From assembly GCA_965216755.1 (NCBI GenBank), contig CBDCGL010000011.1, positions 2,368,001 through 2,432,000 on the forward strand: 64,000 bases of DNA, given 5' to 3'. The translations under genes and the position numbers were made by a program. The DNA comes from Alphaproteobacteria bacterium. GTDB lineage: Bacteria > Pseudomonadota > Alphaproteobacteria > UBA7887. Under the pieces are notes generated by a model. That model was not told where the DNA came from. It saw nothing but the letters and a program-made list of their open reading frames with translations, and searched no databases. Shown piece by piece: positions 54,015-62,799 of the stretch (the stretch's first letter is position 1; the number at the start of each line of letters is the position of its first letter).

Positions 54015-54884
54015 TTAGTAGTCGGGAGTCCAGTTACGTTGAATCTCGCGCAACTTCGCACGGTCAACTTTCCTTAGACCGAGACACAGCGACCAGAGTG
54101 GGAAGGACCAGTCATCTCGTATAGACCGGTTGCCTTTCTCATCATCGATGGCGAGTAGCCCCCTCGACTCCAAAGTTTCGAGAGTCTGCCAGTTCAACCC
54201 CTCCAATTCGTCCTTAGTAGTCTCCAGCTTTACCTCGACTGGTCGCCAGACTTCCGCAACAACAGCCAGTCCCTCATGCGTTGTCATCCCGGCTTGTTGC
54301 ATTGCGATGATCAGGCGAATCGCAGGTGACGTCCAATAGAAGGGCAAACGATCGATGATCGGGTGGTGCCAGTACCTTCCCGCTTCGTCGTTTCCTTCCC
54401 GAACATAGCCAACATAAAGATCGTCTTCTCTCCGCTGTGTGATGCGGTTTGGGAAAATCCAATCCACGTCTACCGGACCGTCAAGGTAATACTGCTCCCG
54501 TGCGTCATCTATGTGCCGCGTGATCTCAGCAAAGTTCGCGGGGCTCAATCCGGTAACGTCGACATAAATGCCCTTCGCTAAATGGCTGTAGAAGTAGCTT
54601 AGTGTCCGTGCTTTTTGCTTTGATTTCGCTGGTGGGCACCGCACGGCGTCAATGAGAATGAGAGCCTTAGCGGCTTCCTCCTCCGCAAGGTTGCCGATGA
54701 TCCTTGCGGCGTGGTGGTCGTCACTCTTACTTAGTTTCTGGGCTGCCGCGTCCAGGCGATTTGCGCACTCGACTATGAGAGACGTACCCTCAGCGACTTC
54801 CTTGAAAAGGTCAGCGTCCTTTAGCTGGCACAAATCCTTAATAGCGCGTTCCATCCGGCGTGATCCCAATGTGTGATTCGCCAC
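54015..54884 (-). CDS. AbiV-family (HEPN) abortive infection protein
   Basis: ANRLDAAAQKL...A...LAEEEAAK...FYSHLAK signature; start may be ATG 54854. Confidence 0.75.
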   Translation of the reverse strand: MANHTLGSRRMERAIKDLCQLKDADLFKEVAEGTSLIVECANRLDAAAQKLSKSDDHHAARIIGNLAEEEAAKALILIDAVRCPPAKSKQKARTLSYFYSHLAKGIYVDVTGLSPANFAEITRHIDDAREQYYLDGPVDVDWIFPNRITQRREDDLYVGYVREGNDEAGRYWHHPIIDRLPFYWTSPAIRLIIAMQQAGMTTHEGLAVVAEVWRPVEVKLETTKDELEGLNWQTLETLESRGLLAIDDEKGNRSIRDDWSFPLWSLCLGLRKVDRAKLREIQRNWTPDY

Positions 54885-55054
54885 GACGGCGTGCGGTCAT
54901 CTCAAGACGCCACGTCGTCAGCCCCTACATCGCAGCGATTTTGACTGGCGTCACCGCTTTGGCCTGAACTGCGTTGGCCGTTGCTTCTATACAGTCCATT
55001 CCAGGGCCCATTTAGGAAACTTGGCCCGTGTGACACTGCGCCGAAGTGATGGTC

Positions 55055-55576
55055 TCAATCTGACCATTGAAACTCCCTCGACTCATCTTCATCGACGAAA
55101 CTGTCTTTATCGAGGTTCTGGGTGTAGATGATGAGGTTTTTGCAGTCGTATCGCGCGGACGGCACAATTAAGCCGTCACAGCCCAGGTAATTTAGCGCAT
55201 CAGAAATCCCTTGGGTGCGCGAATAGTCTCGATTTTGATAGTCTGCTTGGCGTACACCGAGTTTTTCAAGGTCCTCGAAACTAAGTTCGACGACGCGCTT
55301 CAAGCGGACCTTTAGTTTCCAGTTTAGGGCCTTCCTGTCGGGCCGTTGCTCGAACAGCGACCAAAATGTTTCGAACTCTGCGTCAGCCCCTTCGGCCATG
55401 AACGACGTATTGAGGACTTCGAACTCGCTATCCGGACTATTCCAACGACCACGCTTTCCGTTACTACCTTGGAGGGGGCTCTTGTCAGCCCAGACAACTC
55501 GATTGGTGTCTCCCTCAAAGGGTCTTTGGGGGCAACTCTCTAGCTGCTCCAATAAGCCGGGATCGCGCTCCAACAT
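55055..55576 (-). CDS. RES domain toxin
   Basis: R (NRVV), GRWN, E (AEFE) and DGLIVPSAR...NLIIY motifs. Confidence 0.88.
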   Translation of the reverse strand: MLERDPGLLEQLESCPQRPFEGDTNRVVWADKSPLQGSNGKRGRWNSPDSEFEVLNTSFMAEGADAEFETFWSLFEQRPDRKALNWKLKVRLKRVVELSFEDLEKLGVRQADYQNRDYSRTQGISDALNYLGCDGLIVPSARYDCKNLIIYTQNLDKDSFVDEDESREFQWSD

Positions 55577-55594
55577 GTCCCGGTAGACCTAACG

Positions 55595-55972
55595 CTATGT
55601 GTATGTGGGATCAGCCATTGCCTGAATGGCTTCCAAGACCTCCTCAATTCGACCTTCCTGTATTAGATCAGCAGGCCGAAGGCCGTTAAAATACTTGTGC
55701 CTAGAATACAGCCAAGCGCGCGCAGTCTTTGGGTCGGAATAAAACTCTGAGAGTCGCTCCACGATGTACTCTAGATCAACAAGAAGGCTTTCCTTGTTTG
55801 GCCGGGGATAGGCACGACCTTGGTTCCACCGGGAAACAGTCTCAGGCGTGGTCCCGAGCATATTCGCGACATCGACCCCACGAATTGCCGCCCGCCTCTC
55901 TAAAAGTTCCAGTTTTTCCGCGACCACGTTTCTTTCCGTGACCGCATCCCTTTCCGCGACTGCATTTGACAT
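55595..55972 (-). CDS. Xre/MbcA/ParS-type antitoxin (HTH plus toxin-binding domain)
   Basis: DVANMLGTTPETVSRW HTH; ARAWL...FNGLRPADLI C-terminus. Confidence 0.88.
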   Translation of the reverse strand: MSNAVAERDAVTERNVVAEKLELLERRAAIRGVDVANMLGTTPETVSRWNQGRAYPRPNKESLLVDLEYIVERLSEFYSDPKTARAWLYSRHKYFNGLRPADLIQEGRIEEVLEAIQAMADPTYT

Positions 55973-56015
55973 TGTTAGCCTCCGATGGTTCCGCTTTCTA
56001 CAGGTGAGAACTCAA

Positions 56016-57299
56016 TCAACCGCGCGCCGCACGACGCTGAGGTATCTGCGAAAACGAAACTGCGCGGCTTTCTTGTACGAATTTCCCTAAGCCTACTCGA
56101 AGACGCTCCAGAACCTTCCTGTTCTCACTCATTCGCTTGGCCAAGTTTTCCTGAGCTTCGAGCGGCAGAGATTCCGAGAACACTGCCGCATCCGTTGCCG
56201 GACGAAGAGTTTCTTCCATGAAGCGCTGTGCGCGAAGCTGTTCGGGAATGGCACTAAGGCGTCGAATTTCACCCGACCGCTGGATGAGACTATGCCGAAC
56301 CGGGTTGTCCAGCATATCCTTCCAACCTTTTGGACAGCATATCTTTTCCCTACAGCCAAACCGGGATTTCGACCCATGCGCTCCAAAGAATGCTTCTGCC
56401 TCTTCCCTCTTCAGATGAATGTCCAAAGGAGCAATGTGGACCCTCGGAGCCCAAGTGAACCCATGGCTATTGGAGTTAGCGGGACGCGTCCATGAACTTG
56501 CGTTGAAACTCTCTTTTTGGGTGACGCCGTGGGAAATCCCTCCGACCGCGCCGAACGCCAATGCGCTAAGCCCGCGAAGTCCACCCATCATGTCTCCGAC
56601 GAGGGGCACACCAAGTAAATGAAACTCAGCAGCACCATTCACCAGATTTCTGACCGCAGCGTGAGTCACAGTTCCGCTCTGGGAAACTTTGATCCACAGG
56701 GAGTCGATGGGCAGCCCTCTCAACTTTTCGAGAATAATCTGACGTTCATCAACGGTTCGAAACGCTTCATACGACACGGCCAGGGAATAAAAGATCGGCA
56801 CATTCTTGGCACCCGCTCTATCCAGATACAGCCGTAGGTGCCTCGTGGATCGAACGTCAACTTCTAACCATGGGCTATTGGCGCTTTCGATAAAGTGAGT
56901 TGGGGCGAGAACTGCGGTGTAGCGCTGACCCACAACGTACTGAGCAATCGCGTCAGCAATCCGACGGGCACTTATATCATCGAAATCACCCGGCCCTTGC
57001 GGACGATCCAAGGCCCAAGGCAACGCGGACAACCGTTCATTGAAGCCGCCTATCGACCCTAGTTCCTGGGTTCGTGGATCGAGAATTGCGTCTCGGTTTC
57101 GCTCAATCATGAGATGATGCAATTCTGAGTGGCGGTCCTCATGAAGAGGATCGAAAACCACGCCATGTAGGCCAACAGAGCCACTAGCTACCGCGTCCGC
57201 AATTGCTCGATGGTCGATATAGGATGGGCGCACGTACCATCCCAGAGGTTCCGGAGCGGCCCGGACAGCCCGAGGGAACTGTGCTTGTGATGCTGACAT
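56016..57299 (-). CDS. Hypothetical TIM-barrel-like protein (beta-protein/TGT-like) with a Cys/His cluster
   Basis: 427 aa of alternating beta/alpha segments, ILDPRT, GAVGGISHG, and C-terminal GCREKICC...RH. Confidence 0.65.
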   Translation of the reverse strand: MSASQAQFPRAVRAAPEPLGWYVRPSYIDHRAIADAVASGSVGLHGVVFDPLHEDRHSELHHLMIERNRDAILDPRTQELGSIGGFNERLSALPWALDRPQGPGDFDDISARRIADAIAQYVVGQRYTAVLAPTHFIESANSPWLEVDVRSTRHLRLYLDRAGAKNVPIFYSLAVSYEAFRTVDERQIILEKLRGLPIDSLWIKVSQSGTVTHAAVRNLVNGAAEFHLLGVPLVGDMMGGLRGLSALAFGAVGGISHGVTQKESFNASSWTRPANSNSHGFTWAPRVHIAPLDIHLKREEAEAFFGAHGSKSRFGCREKICCPKGWKDMLDNPVRHSLIQRSGEIRRLSAIPEQLRAQRFMEETLRPATDAAVFSESLPLEAQENLAKRMSENRKVLERLRVGLGKFVQESRAVSFSQIPQRRAARG

Positions 57300-57343
57300 C
57301 TACGGTCTCCACGGCATTATGCCATGACATATTGATCGACAGA

Positions 57344-57377
57344 AACATAGACGAAAAGATTGACGTTGTCAATGACA
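57344..57377 (-). promoter_or_regulatory. sigma70 promoter overlapped by palindromic operators
   Basis: Minus-strand TTGACA-17 bp-TATGTT; palindromes TTGAC-GTT-GTCAA (57360-57372) and TGTCA-A-TGACA (57367-57377). Confidence 0.65.
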
Positions 57378-57443
57378 TTCTTGGTGGGGCGTAGAGACCG
57401 GTCACGTCTACGGAATGCGACGCGATAAAGGTAAACAGGGTTG

Positions 57444-57466
57444 AGTCTGTGCTCCGAGTCTGTGCT
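57444..57466 (+). repeat. Integrase arm-type site (right end)
   Basis: AGTCTGTGCTCCGAGTCTGTGCT, identical to 43128-43150. Confidence 0.8.
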
Positions 57467-57530
57467 ACCATTGGTCAAAAAGGCGCAGAAATCAGGGATT
57501 TTAGGCGTTTCAGGGTCCTACCGGGTCCCC

Positions 57531-57547
57531 TCCCCCTGGGGACGCCA
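57531..57547 (+). repeat. attR core (duplicated tRNA-Glu 3' end)
   Basis: TCCCCCTGGGGACGCCA. Confidence 0.93.
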
Positions 57548-57612
57548 GACAATTCAATTAGTTAACACTTCGGCACTCAAATCTTCGGTAATATTTCGGT
57601 ATTATCGGTCGC

Positions 57613-57969
57613 ATGGGCGTGAGAACGACGACGCGTTTGACGGCGTTAGACGCTGCCGCTTCCGACCGACCAATGGCTGCCCTGCCAACCCTCGAACGCG
57701 AACTCCACGGGTGCCTCATCGAATACGAGGCGTTGTCAGAGGCATGGCCGCGCGGCCGGACCGCGATGGAGCGCTATCGGATCGGCAAGAAAGTCGACGC
57801 GGCGTTGAAGCGGATCGCGGAGCTCGAGGCCGCTATCGCCGGCGCCAAAGCCATGACGCTCGAAGATGCCGCGGTCCAGCTGCGCCGGGTACTGGCCAGG
57901 CTGGATGACGCCTCGCTCGAGGCGCTCGTGATGTCGGCGTTGGGGGCGGTTGAGGCGGCTGGCGGGTAG
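57613..57969 (+). CDS. Hypothetical prophage-type helical protein
   Basis: 118-aa ORF with an AIAGAKAMTLEDAAVQLR motif. Confidence 0.6.
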   Translation: MGVRTTTRLTALDAAASDRPMAALPTLERELHGCLIEYEALSEAWPRGRTAMERYRIGKKVDAALKRIAELEAAIAGAKAMTLEDAAVQLRRVLARLDDASLEALVMSALGAVEAAGG

Positions 57970-58021
57970 CGCGCCAGACTGTTGTCCGGTATCTTTCGAC
58001 CTTGAAACCTGGATACGGCGT

Positions 58022-58480
58022 ATGGGCTCACCAGAAAGCGTTTATGATTCACGGGCGGTAGCTAACTATTTGATCAAGCGAGCCGTTGAGCGCGGCATAT
58101 CGGTTGATCCACTAAAACTCATGAAGCTTGTGTACCTCGCTCACAGTTGGACCCTGGGGCTTCTCGAGCGCCCGTTGCTGAGCGACGATATTGAAGCTTG
58201 GCAATACGGCCCCGTCATTAGGCGTTTGTACAGCTGCATTGCAGGAAGTCGGCAAACAATATCGGAGCCTGTCTCCGCGCACCGGGCCCGCCTATCGGAC
58301 CAAGAAGCTCATATTGTTGACCAAGTCCTTGATAAATACGGGCCGCTCAGCGGCGTGCAGCTTTCGGCTTTGACCCATCGCGCTGGCACGCCGTGGGACA
58401 TCACCTGGCGCGCCTATGGAAAAAACGCCGTGATACCGCAAGATTTGATTGAACGGCACTTTAGGTCACTGGCGAACTAG
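58022..58480 (+). CDS. Panacea (DUF4065/SocA) antitoxin-family protein
   Basis: AVANY, LKLMKLVYLAH, IEAWQYGPV and LSALTH..GTPW motifs. Confidence 0.9.
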   Translation: MGSPESVYDSRAVANYLIKRAVERGISVDPLKLMKLVYLAHSWTLGLLERPLLSDDIEAWQYGPVIRRLYSCIAGSRQTISEPVSAHRARLSDQEAHIVDQVLDKYGPLSGVQLSALTHRAGTPWDITWRAYGKNAVIPQDLIERHFRSLAN

Positions 58481-58495
58481 GCTGAGGACACATCC

Positions 58496-58897
58496 GTGGC
58501 CAAGAACCAGGGCCCTGCCAGTTTCGACAATGATAAGCCCCTGGAGGTCCCCGGACCAACTGACATTCCAAAAGGCGGCGATAAGCTGGCAGAACGGGAG
58601 CTCCAGGCCCTCTGGTCGCACGAGCATCTTGTGGCCCCGGAATATTATGCTCGTCAGAAGCGCATCATTCGCGATAGCCAGCTTGAAGATGCTGTGCATT
58701 GGGCAGTGCGCTTATTCGTTAGATTCGTCGCTATGCTGTTGGTCATCGGTATTGGCGTTTGGGCATTTCATATCCTCGGCAAAGATAGCTGGCGTTGGTT
58801 ATCGCCTGAAGACGTCGCGGCCCTGCAGTCTCTGTTGTTCAGCGGAACAATTGGCACGTTGGCGGCGACGATTGGACACAAAGTGTTTCGTCGCTAA
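58496..58897 (+). CDS. Two-TM membrane protein, putative Panacea-paired toxin
   Basis: Two hydrophobic segments; starts 15 bp after the Panacea gene. Confidence 0.65.
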   Translation: MAKNQGPASFDNDKPLEVPGPTDIPKGGDKLAERELQALWSHEHLVAPEYYARQKRIIRDSQLEDAVHWAVRLFVRFVAMLLVIGIGVWAFHILGKDSWRWLSPEDVAALQSLLFSGTIGTLAATIGHKVFRR

Positions 58898-58984
58898 CTG
58901 ATCGCATGCCCCGCCCGGAGTAGGTGCAATTTCGCGACTGGTGCTATCGGCATGTGTGAGCCAAGCATTACGGGTGAGAACGCT

Positions 58985-60406
58985 ATGACGTTTGAGGATC
59001 AGGACAGACCGCGTTTTGTCTGCCATGCCTGCATCGGTGATGCATACTTGAGGGCAGAAATCAAAGCCGAAGGATCACCACGCAAATGTATGGTCTGTGC
59101 AAAGCGCAGGAAGGCGATGGCATTCGACGAGCTGTGCGATCGCGTCCACCTTGTCGTTAGCGAAGAGTTTTGTCCGACCGCGAGCGAGCCCGATAGCTGG
59201 GCCGCATACAGCGAATTTGGGCGGGAACGCGAAGGCGATCCGATTGAGGAAATCCTCTACGAAATTGTGAATTCCAACGAAGAACTAATCCTGGCGCTGA
59301 AGAACCAATTGTCCAATTCACATTTCTCTTTCGACGATGCCGCCGCGGGTGAAGAAGATCCCTATGGCGACGAAGTTCACTACGTTTTACGCGAGCCGAA
59401 CGACTACGAGCTGCTCGATGCGTGGTCAGTATTCCAGGAAGAAATCCGAACCCGAGCGCGATTCTTCAGTCAGAACGCGCAGTCAGTACTTGACGGTATA
59501 TTCAGCGACCTGGATCGCTTCCGCACAGGAGAGCGCGCTTTGATTCGGCATGCTGGCCCGGGCACATCGACAGTGTTCTTCTATAGGGCGCGCCGCGCCT
59601 TCACTGATCATGATATTGCCCGCATCGTCGAGCATCCGGCGCGGGAACTAGGCGCGCCACCATCGCGGTCTGCAGGCAGCGGCCGCATGAATCCGCGCTG
59701 GATTCCGATGTTTTACGGTGCGCTGGATGCCGACACATGTATCGCCGAGGTCCGGGCACCGGTTGGCAGCTCAGTCGTAATCGGCAAATTCAAGATTATT
59801 CGCCCCCTGCAACTGCTCGATCTCGGCGCGCTCCGGGATCTCACCGTGGAACAAACGAGCTTTTTTGATCCAGCGTTCCGCCGTCTGCGGGACAAGGCTC
59901 TCTTTCTCAAGCGGCTCGTCTGGATCATGAGTCGCCCTGTTATGCCGCACGACGAAGACTTTCAGTATCTCCCGACGCAGGCCGCCGCCGAGTATCTCTC
60001 GGAGATGATGGAGCCCAAACTAGACGGCCTGATTTTCCCATCGTCGCAGCGAGGTGGTCCCGGAGAGAACATGGTGCTCTTCCGACGCGCCTCGATTGTT
60101 AAGCCCGATGGCTCCGACGACATGGATCTCCGTACGGATTTCGGATGGACGTCAGAGGACGATGCGGACTTGGATATCATGGTCTTCGCGAAGGAAAAGG
60201 CGAAAGAACCTACAAAAGTGGAACGGAAAGGGGTGTTTGTTTTTGACGATGACTGGACGGATCTCCCACCTAAGCCGGACGAATCGCCCGCCCTTCGGAT
60301 CGATCTCGATGCCATCCAGGTCTTGGAAATCCTAGCGGTCGAGTACCGCACTTGTCCTCGCCGCGTTCGCCGGGTCTCCGAACCAGCTGACGATTTACCT
60401 TTCTAG
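58985..60406 (+). CDS. RES domain protein with a Cys-rich N-terminal domain (HEPN_RES_NTD1-like)
   Basis: CHACIGD and CMVC; FYRAR, LGAPP..GRMN, IAEVR, YLPTQ and GLIFPSS motifs; start 58952 or 58985. Confidence 0.85.
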   Translation: MTFEDQDRPRFVCHACIGDAYLRAEIKAEGSPRKCMVCAKRRKAMAFDELCDRVHLVVSEEFCPTASEPDSWAAYSEFGREREGDPIEEILYEIVNSNEELILALKNQLSNSHFSFDDAAAGEEDPYGDEVHYVLREPNDYELLDAWSVFQEEIRTRARFFSQNAQSVLDGIFSDLDRFRTGERALIRHAGPGTSTVFFYRARRAFTDHDIARIVEHPARELGAPPSRSAGSGRMNPRWIPMFYGALDADTCIAEVRAPVGSSVVIGKFKIIRPLQLLDLGALRDLTVEQTSFFDPAFRRLRDKALFLKRLVWIMSRPVMPHDEDFQYLPTQAAAEYLSEMMEPKLDGLIFPSSQRGGPGENMVLFRRASIVKPDGSDDMDLRTDFGWTSEDDADLDIMVFAKEKAKEPTKVERKGVFVFDDDWTDLPPKPDESPALRIDLDAIQVLEILAVEYRTCPRRVRRVSEPADDLPF

Positions 60407-60484
60407 TGGATCATTGAATTGCCTCATCGATGAGAAAAGGGACGGAGGTCCTACTGCTCCGCCCCTGTCACAGCTGCCCTATGA

Positions 60485-60925
60485 TCAAACCGGCCGCCAG
60501 ATCCACCTGTCGCCGGTCCTCGTATCGATTGCCGTCAAGCGCCGAATTCGTTGCTTGCGTGGAGCTAGCCGTTTGCGGAGTGCGCGGTCCTTTGCGTTGA
60601 GCTTGTACGCGTCGCCGCCTTCCGCTTCCGGTTCCCTGCCTTCGTCCGGTTCGTCTTGCAGATCCGATTCGCGGTCGTCGGTCTCGGCGCCAACCGCGGC
60701 CAGCATGTCGATTAGGTCGGCGTCGACCGGGACCAGCATGAATGGCCCGGCCGACGTCTCAAGCAAGTCGGCTGTCTCCGCAATCTGCATCAGCGCCCGC
60801 CGTTCCGTGGGTGCCAGTGCACCAATCACGAAGGCCAGTTGGTGACTACCCATTGCCGGCAAGGTGTCGTCGGCGCCACCGCGCTTGGGGATCAGGAAGT
60901 GGCGATCTGTGTCACGCTCGGTCAT
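60485..60925 (-). CDS. Hypothetical prophage-type protein
   Basis: ORF with an acidic DDRESDLQDEPDE tract; ATG overlaps the upstream stop. Confidence 0.55.
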   Translation of the reverse strand: MTERDTDRHFLIPKRGGADDTLPAMGSHQLAFVIGALAPTERRALMQIAETADLLETSAGPFMLVPVDADLIDMLAAVGAETDDRESDLQDEPDEGREPEAEGGDAYKLNAKDRALRKRLAPRKQRIRRLTAIDTRTGDRWIWRPV

Positions 60926-61428
60926 GACCCGTCTCCCCAAGAGCGTTCGCGCAGGAACTGACCCAAATCCGGCGTCAGCGGCCGCGCGGCACCAAGCACC
61001 GCACGTGGCTTGAGATCCCTGAACGCGGACAGCGAGGCCGTATGAAAGCCGCGCTCGCCGCCGTCGAGGGTCATCGTTACCCGGTCACCCATGTGGTTCA
61101 CGCGATAAAGGCCAGGCGCGCGGCTATCCAGCTGAACACAGTACACACCGTCGCCCTGCCACCTGCCAGGTTCGCCGAGGAACGCGATCGTGTCGTGGCC
61201 GAGCGTCAGCACCGTGTTGCGGTCAGCAATCAGGAACGCGGCGACAAAGGCCGTGTTGGCCGTCGCGGGTATATGGCCGGCGAGCAAGACACTGTTGCGA
61301 TACAGGACGATCGGATGGGTGGTGAGCGCGACGACGTTATTGTCGATTTCAATCCAGCCGTCATCAAGGAGCGGCTGTAGGCCATACCAGTGTTTGGCGA
61401 TGGAGCCAAGCGCCTCACCAAGCCGGGA
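60922..61428 (-). pseudogene. Hypothetical ORF, possibly 5'-truncated
   Basis: Frame is open from 61428 but has no conventional start until TTG 61287. Confidence 0.35.
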
Positions 61429-61555
61429 TCACGGCAAGATGTGGGCGCGTCCTGGCGACTATCAACGCGCGATCGAGAGAGGCCGCGGCGAAACGATAAC
61501 TGCGCGCGGTCGGCAGGAAGGTTGGCGTACCACTCAAAATTCACCGACACAACGA

Positions 61556-62356
61556 TTACATCGGTCTCCATTCTTTTGCCAATTTCACTGCCTTAGCAAT
61601 TTGTTCTGCACTCATTATTTCGGCGACGAATTCGCGGCCTTTGATCGCGTCTTGGTCTCCTTGGCTAACCGCAAGGTTGAACCACATATGGGCTCGAACG
61701 TAATCCTGCGACACACCCCTGCCGTCGGCGTACATGATAGCGAGGTTGGCCTGGGCGCGATCGTGGCCTTGTTCGGCGGCCTTTCGGTACCACGCCGCTG
61801 CTGTGGTATCGTCCTGCGGAACGCCCCAGCCCTTGGCGAACATTATGGCAATGTTGTACTGGGCGCGGTCGTTACCCTGCGCGGCGGCCTTTCGGTACCA
61901 GGTGGCCGCCTCGGCATAGTCCTGTGGCACGCCCAGGCCTTCGAAGTAGATGACGCCGAGGTTGTACTGCGCCAGTGCGTTGCCCTGCTGGGCCGCCCTG
62001 CGGTACCACTTGACCGCCTCCACATAGTCCTGCGGCATGCCCAGGCTGACGGCGTGCATGACGCCGTAGTTATATTGGGCAAGAGCGTTGCCCTGCTCGG
62101 CAGCCATACGATACCACTTCGCGGCCTTGGCGTAATCCCGCACGACGCCCCGGCCATTGGCGTACAAAACACCGATGTTGGCCTGGGCACGGGCATCGCC
62201 CCGGTCGGCAAGCGGGCGCCAAACCCGGAAGGCGGTTGCGTCATCGCCTTTATTGTAGGCGGCAAGCCCCTCCTCGAAGGTCCCCGCGGCCACCGGCGCG
62301 GCAAACGCCCACAATAGAACAAGGGCGATAAATGCGACCTGGATGACATTTTTCAT
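61556..62356 (-). CDS. Secreted Sel1-like repeat (TPR) protein
   Basis: Signal peptide; repeated AQYNLG.MY..G.GV.QDY..A..WYRKAA.QG. Confidence 0.93.
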   Translation of the reverse strand: MKNVIQVAFIALVLLWAFAAPVAAGTFEEGLAAYNKGDDATAFRVWRPLADRGDARAQANIGVLYANGRGVVRDYAKAAKWYRMAAEQGNALAQYNYGVMHAVSLGMPQDYVEAVKWYRRAAQQGNALAQYNLGVIYFEGLGVPQDYAEAATWYRKAAAQGNDRAQYNIAIMFAKGWGVPQDDTTAAAWYRKAAEQGHDRAQANLAIMYADGRGVSQDYVRAHMWFNLAVSQGDQDAIKGREFVAEIMSAEQIAKAVKLAKEWRPM

Positions 62357-62799
62357 GGTCTCCGCCTCCTGACTTCTTTATGCGCGATAATGCCGTTGTG
62401 CAAAAATAGAAGCTCTCGTGGCCACTGCGGTGGCATGGTGGGTTGGCCGTCCCGCCCCCGACTCTTGATACCATGGGAGTTTGGCAGTCTCTCCAAATTA
62501 AGCCGTCGGCGATCCGCTCGCAACCTATCCATGGCGTAGACAATACATACCATGTGCGGCATGAAGGCCTGTAAAGCCTGATGGAGTTACGCCAATATCC
62601 GATCCAAATGAGATCCACTTCACAGGGGTACGTGAGAAATTGATCCAGGGCACTATCCGTTCGGGTGGATTCATCTTGTGGTTCAATCGAGTCGGAATGC
62701 ACTCTCGTGTTGTAGATTGGCAGTCCGCTCAGGCGCGACTGATCGATACCACGAACTTCGCTTTGGCAAAGACACGTGCCACGGGAAAGAGCGACAGAC

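Larger units (their letters stand above)
43051..57547. mobile_element. Integrated phage-satellite-like (PICI-like) element in tRNA-Glu
   Basis: 17-bp direct repeats, arm repeats, integrase, AlpA-like HTH, primase-helicase, iteron origin, TerS-like gene and defence cargo. Confidence 0.88.

Noticed and set aside
43051-57547. Intact prophage or ICE
   Set aside because: No recognisable large terminase, portal, capsid, tail, lysis, relaxase or T4SS genes
61690-62200. 108-bp periodic DNA repeats
   Set aside because: Explained by the Sel1 protein repeats
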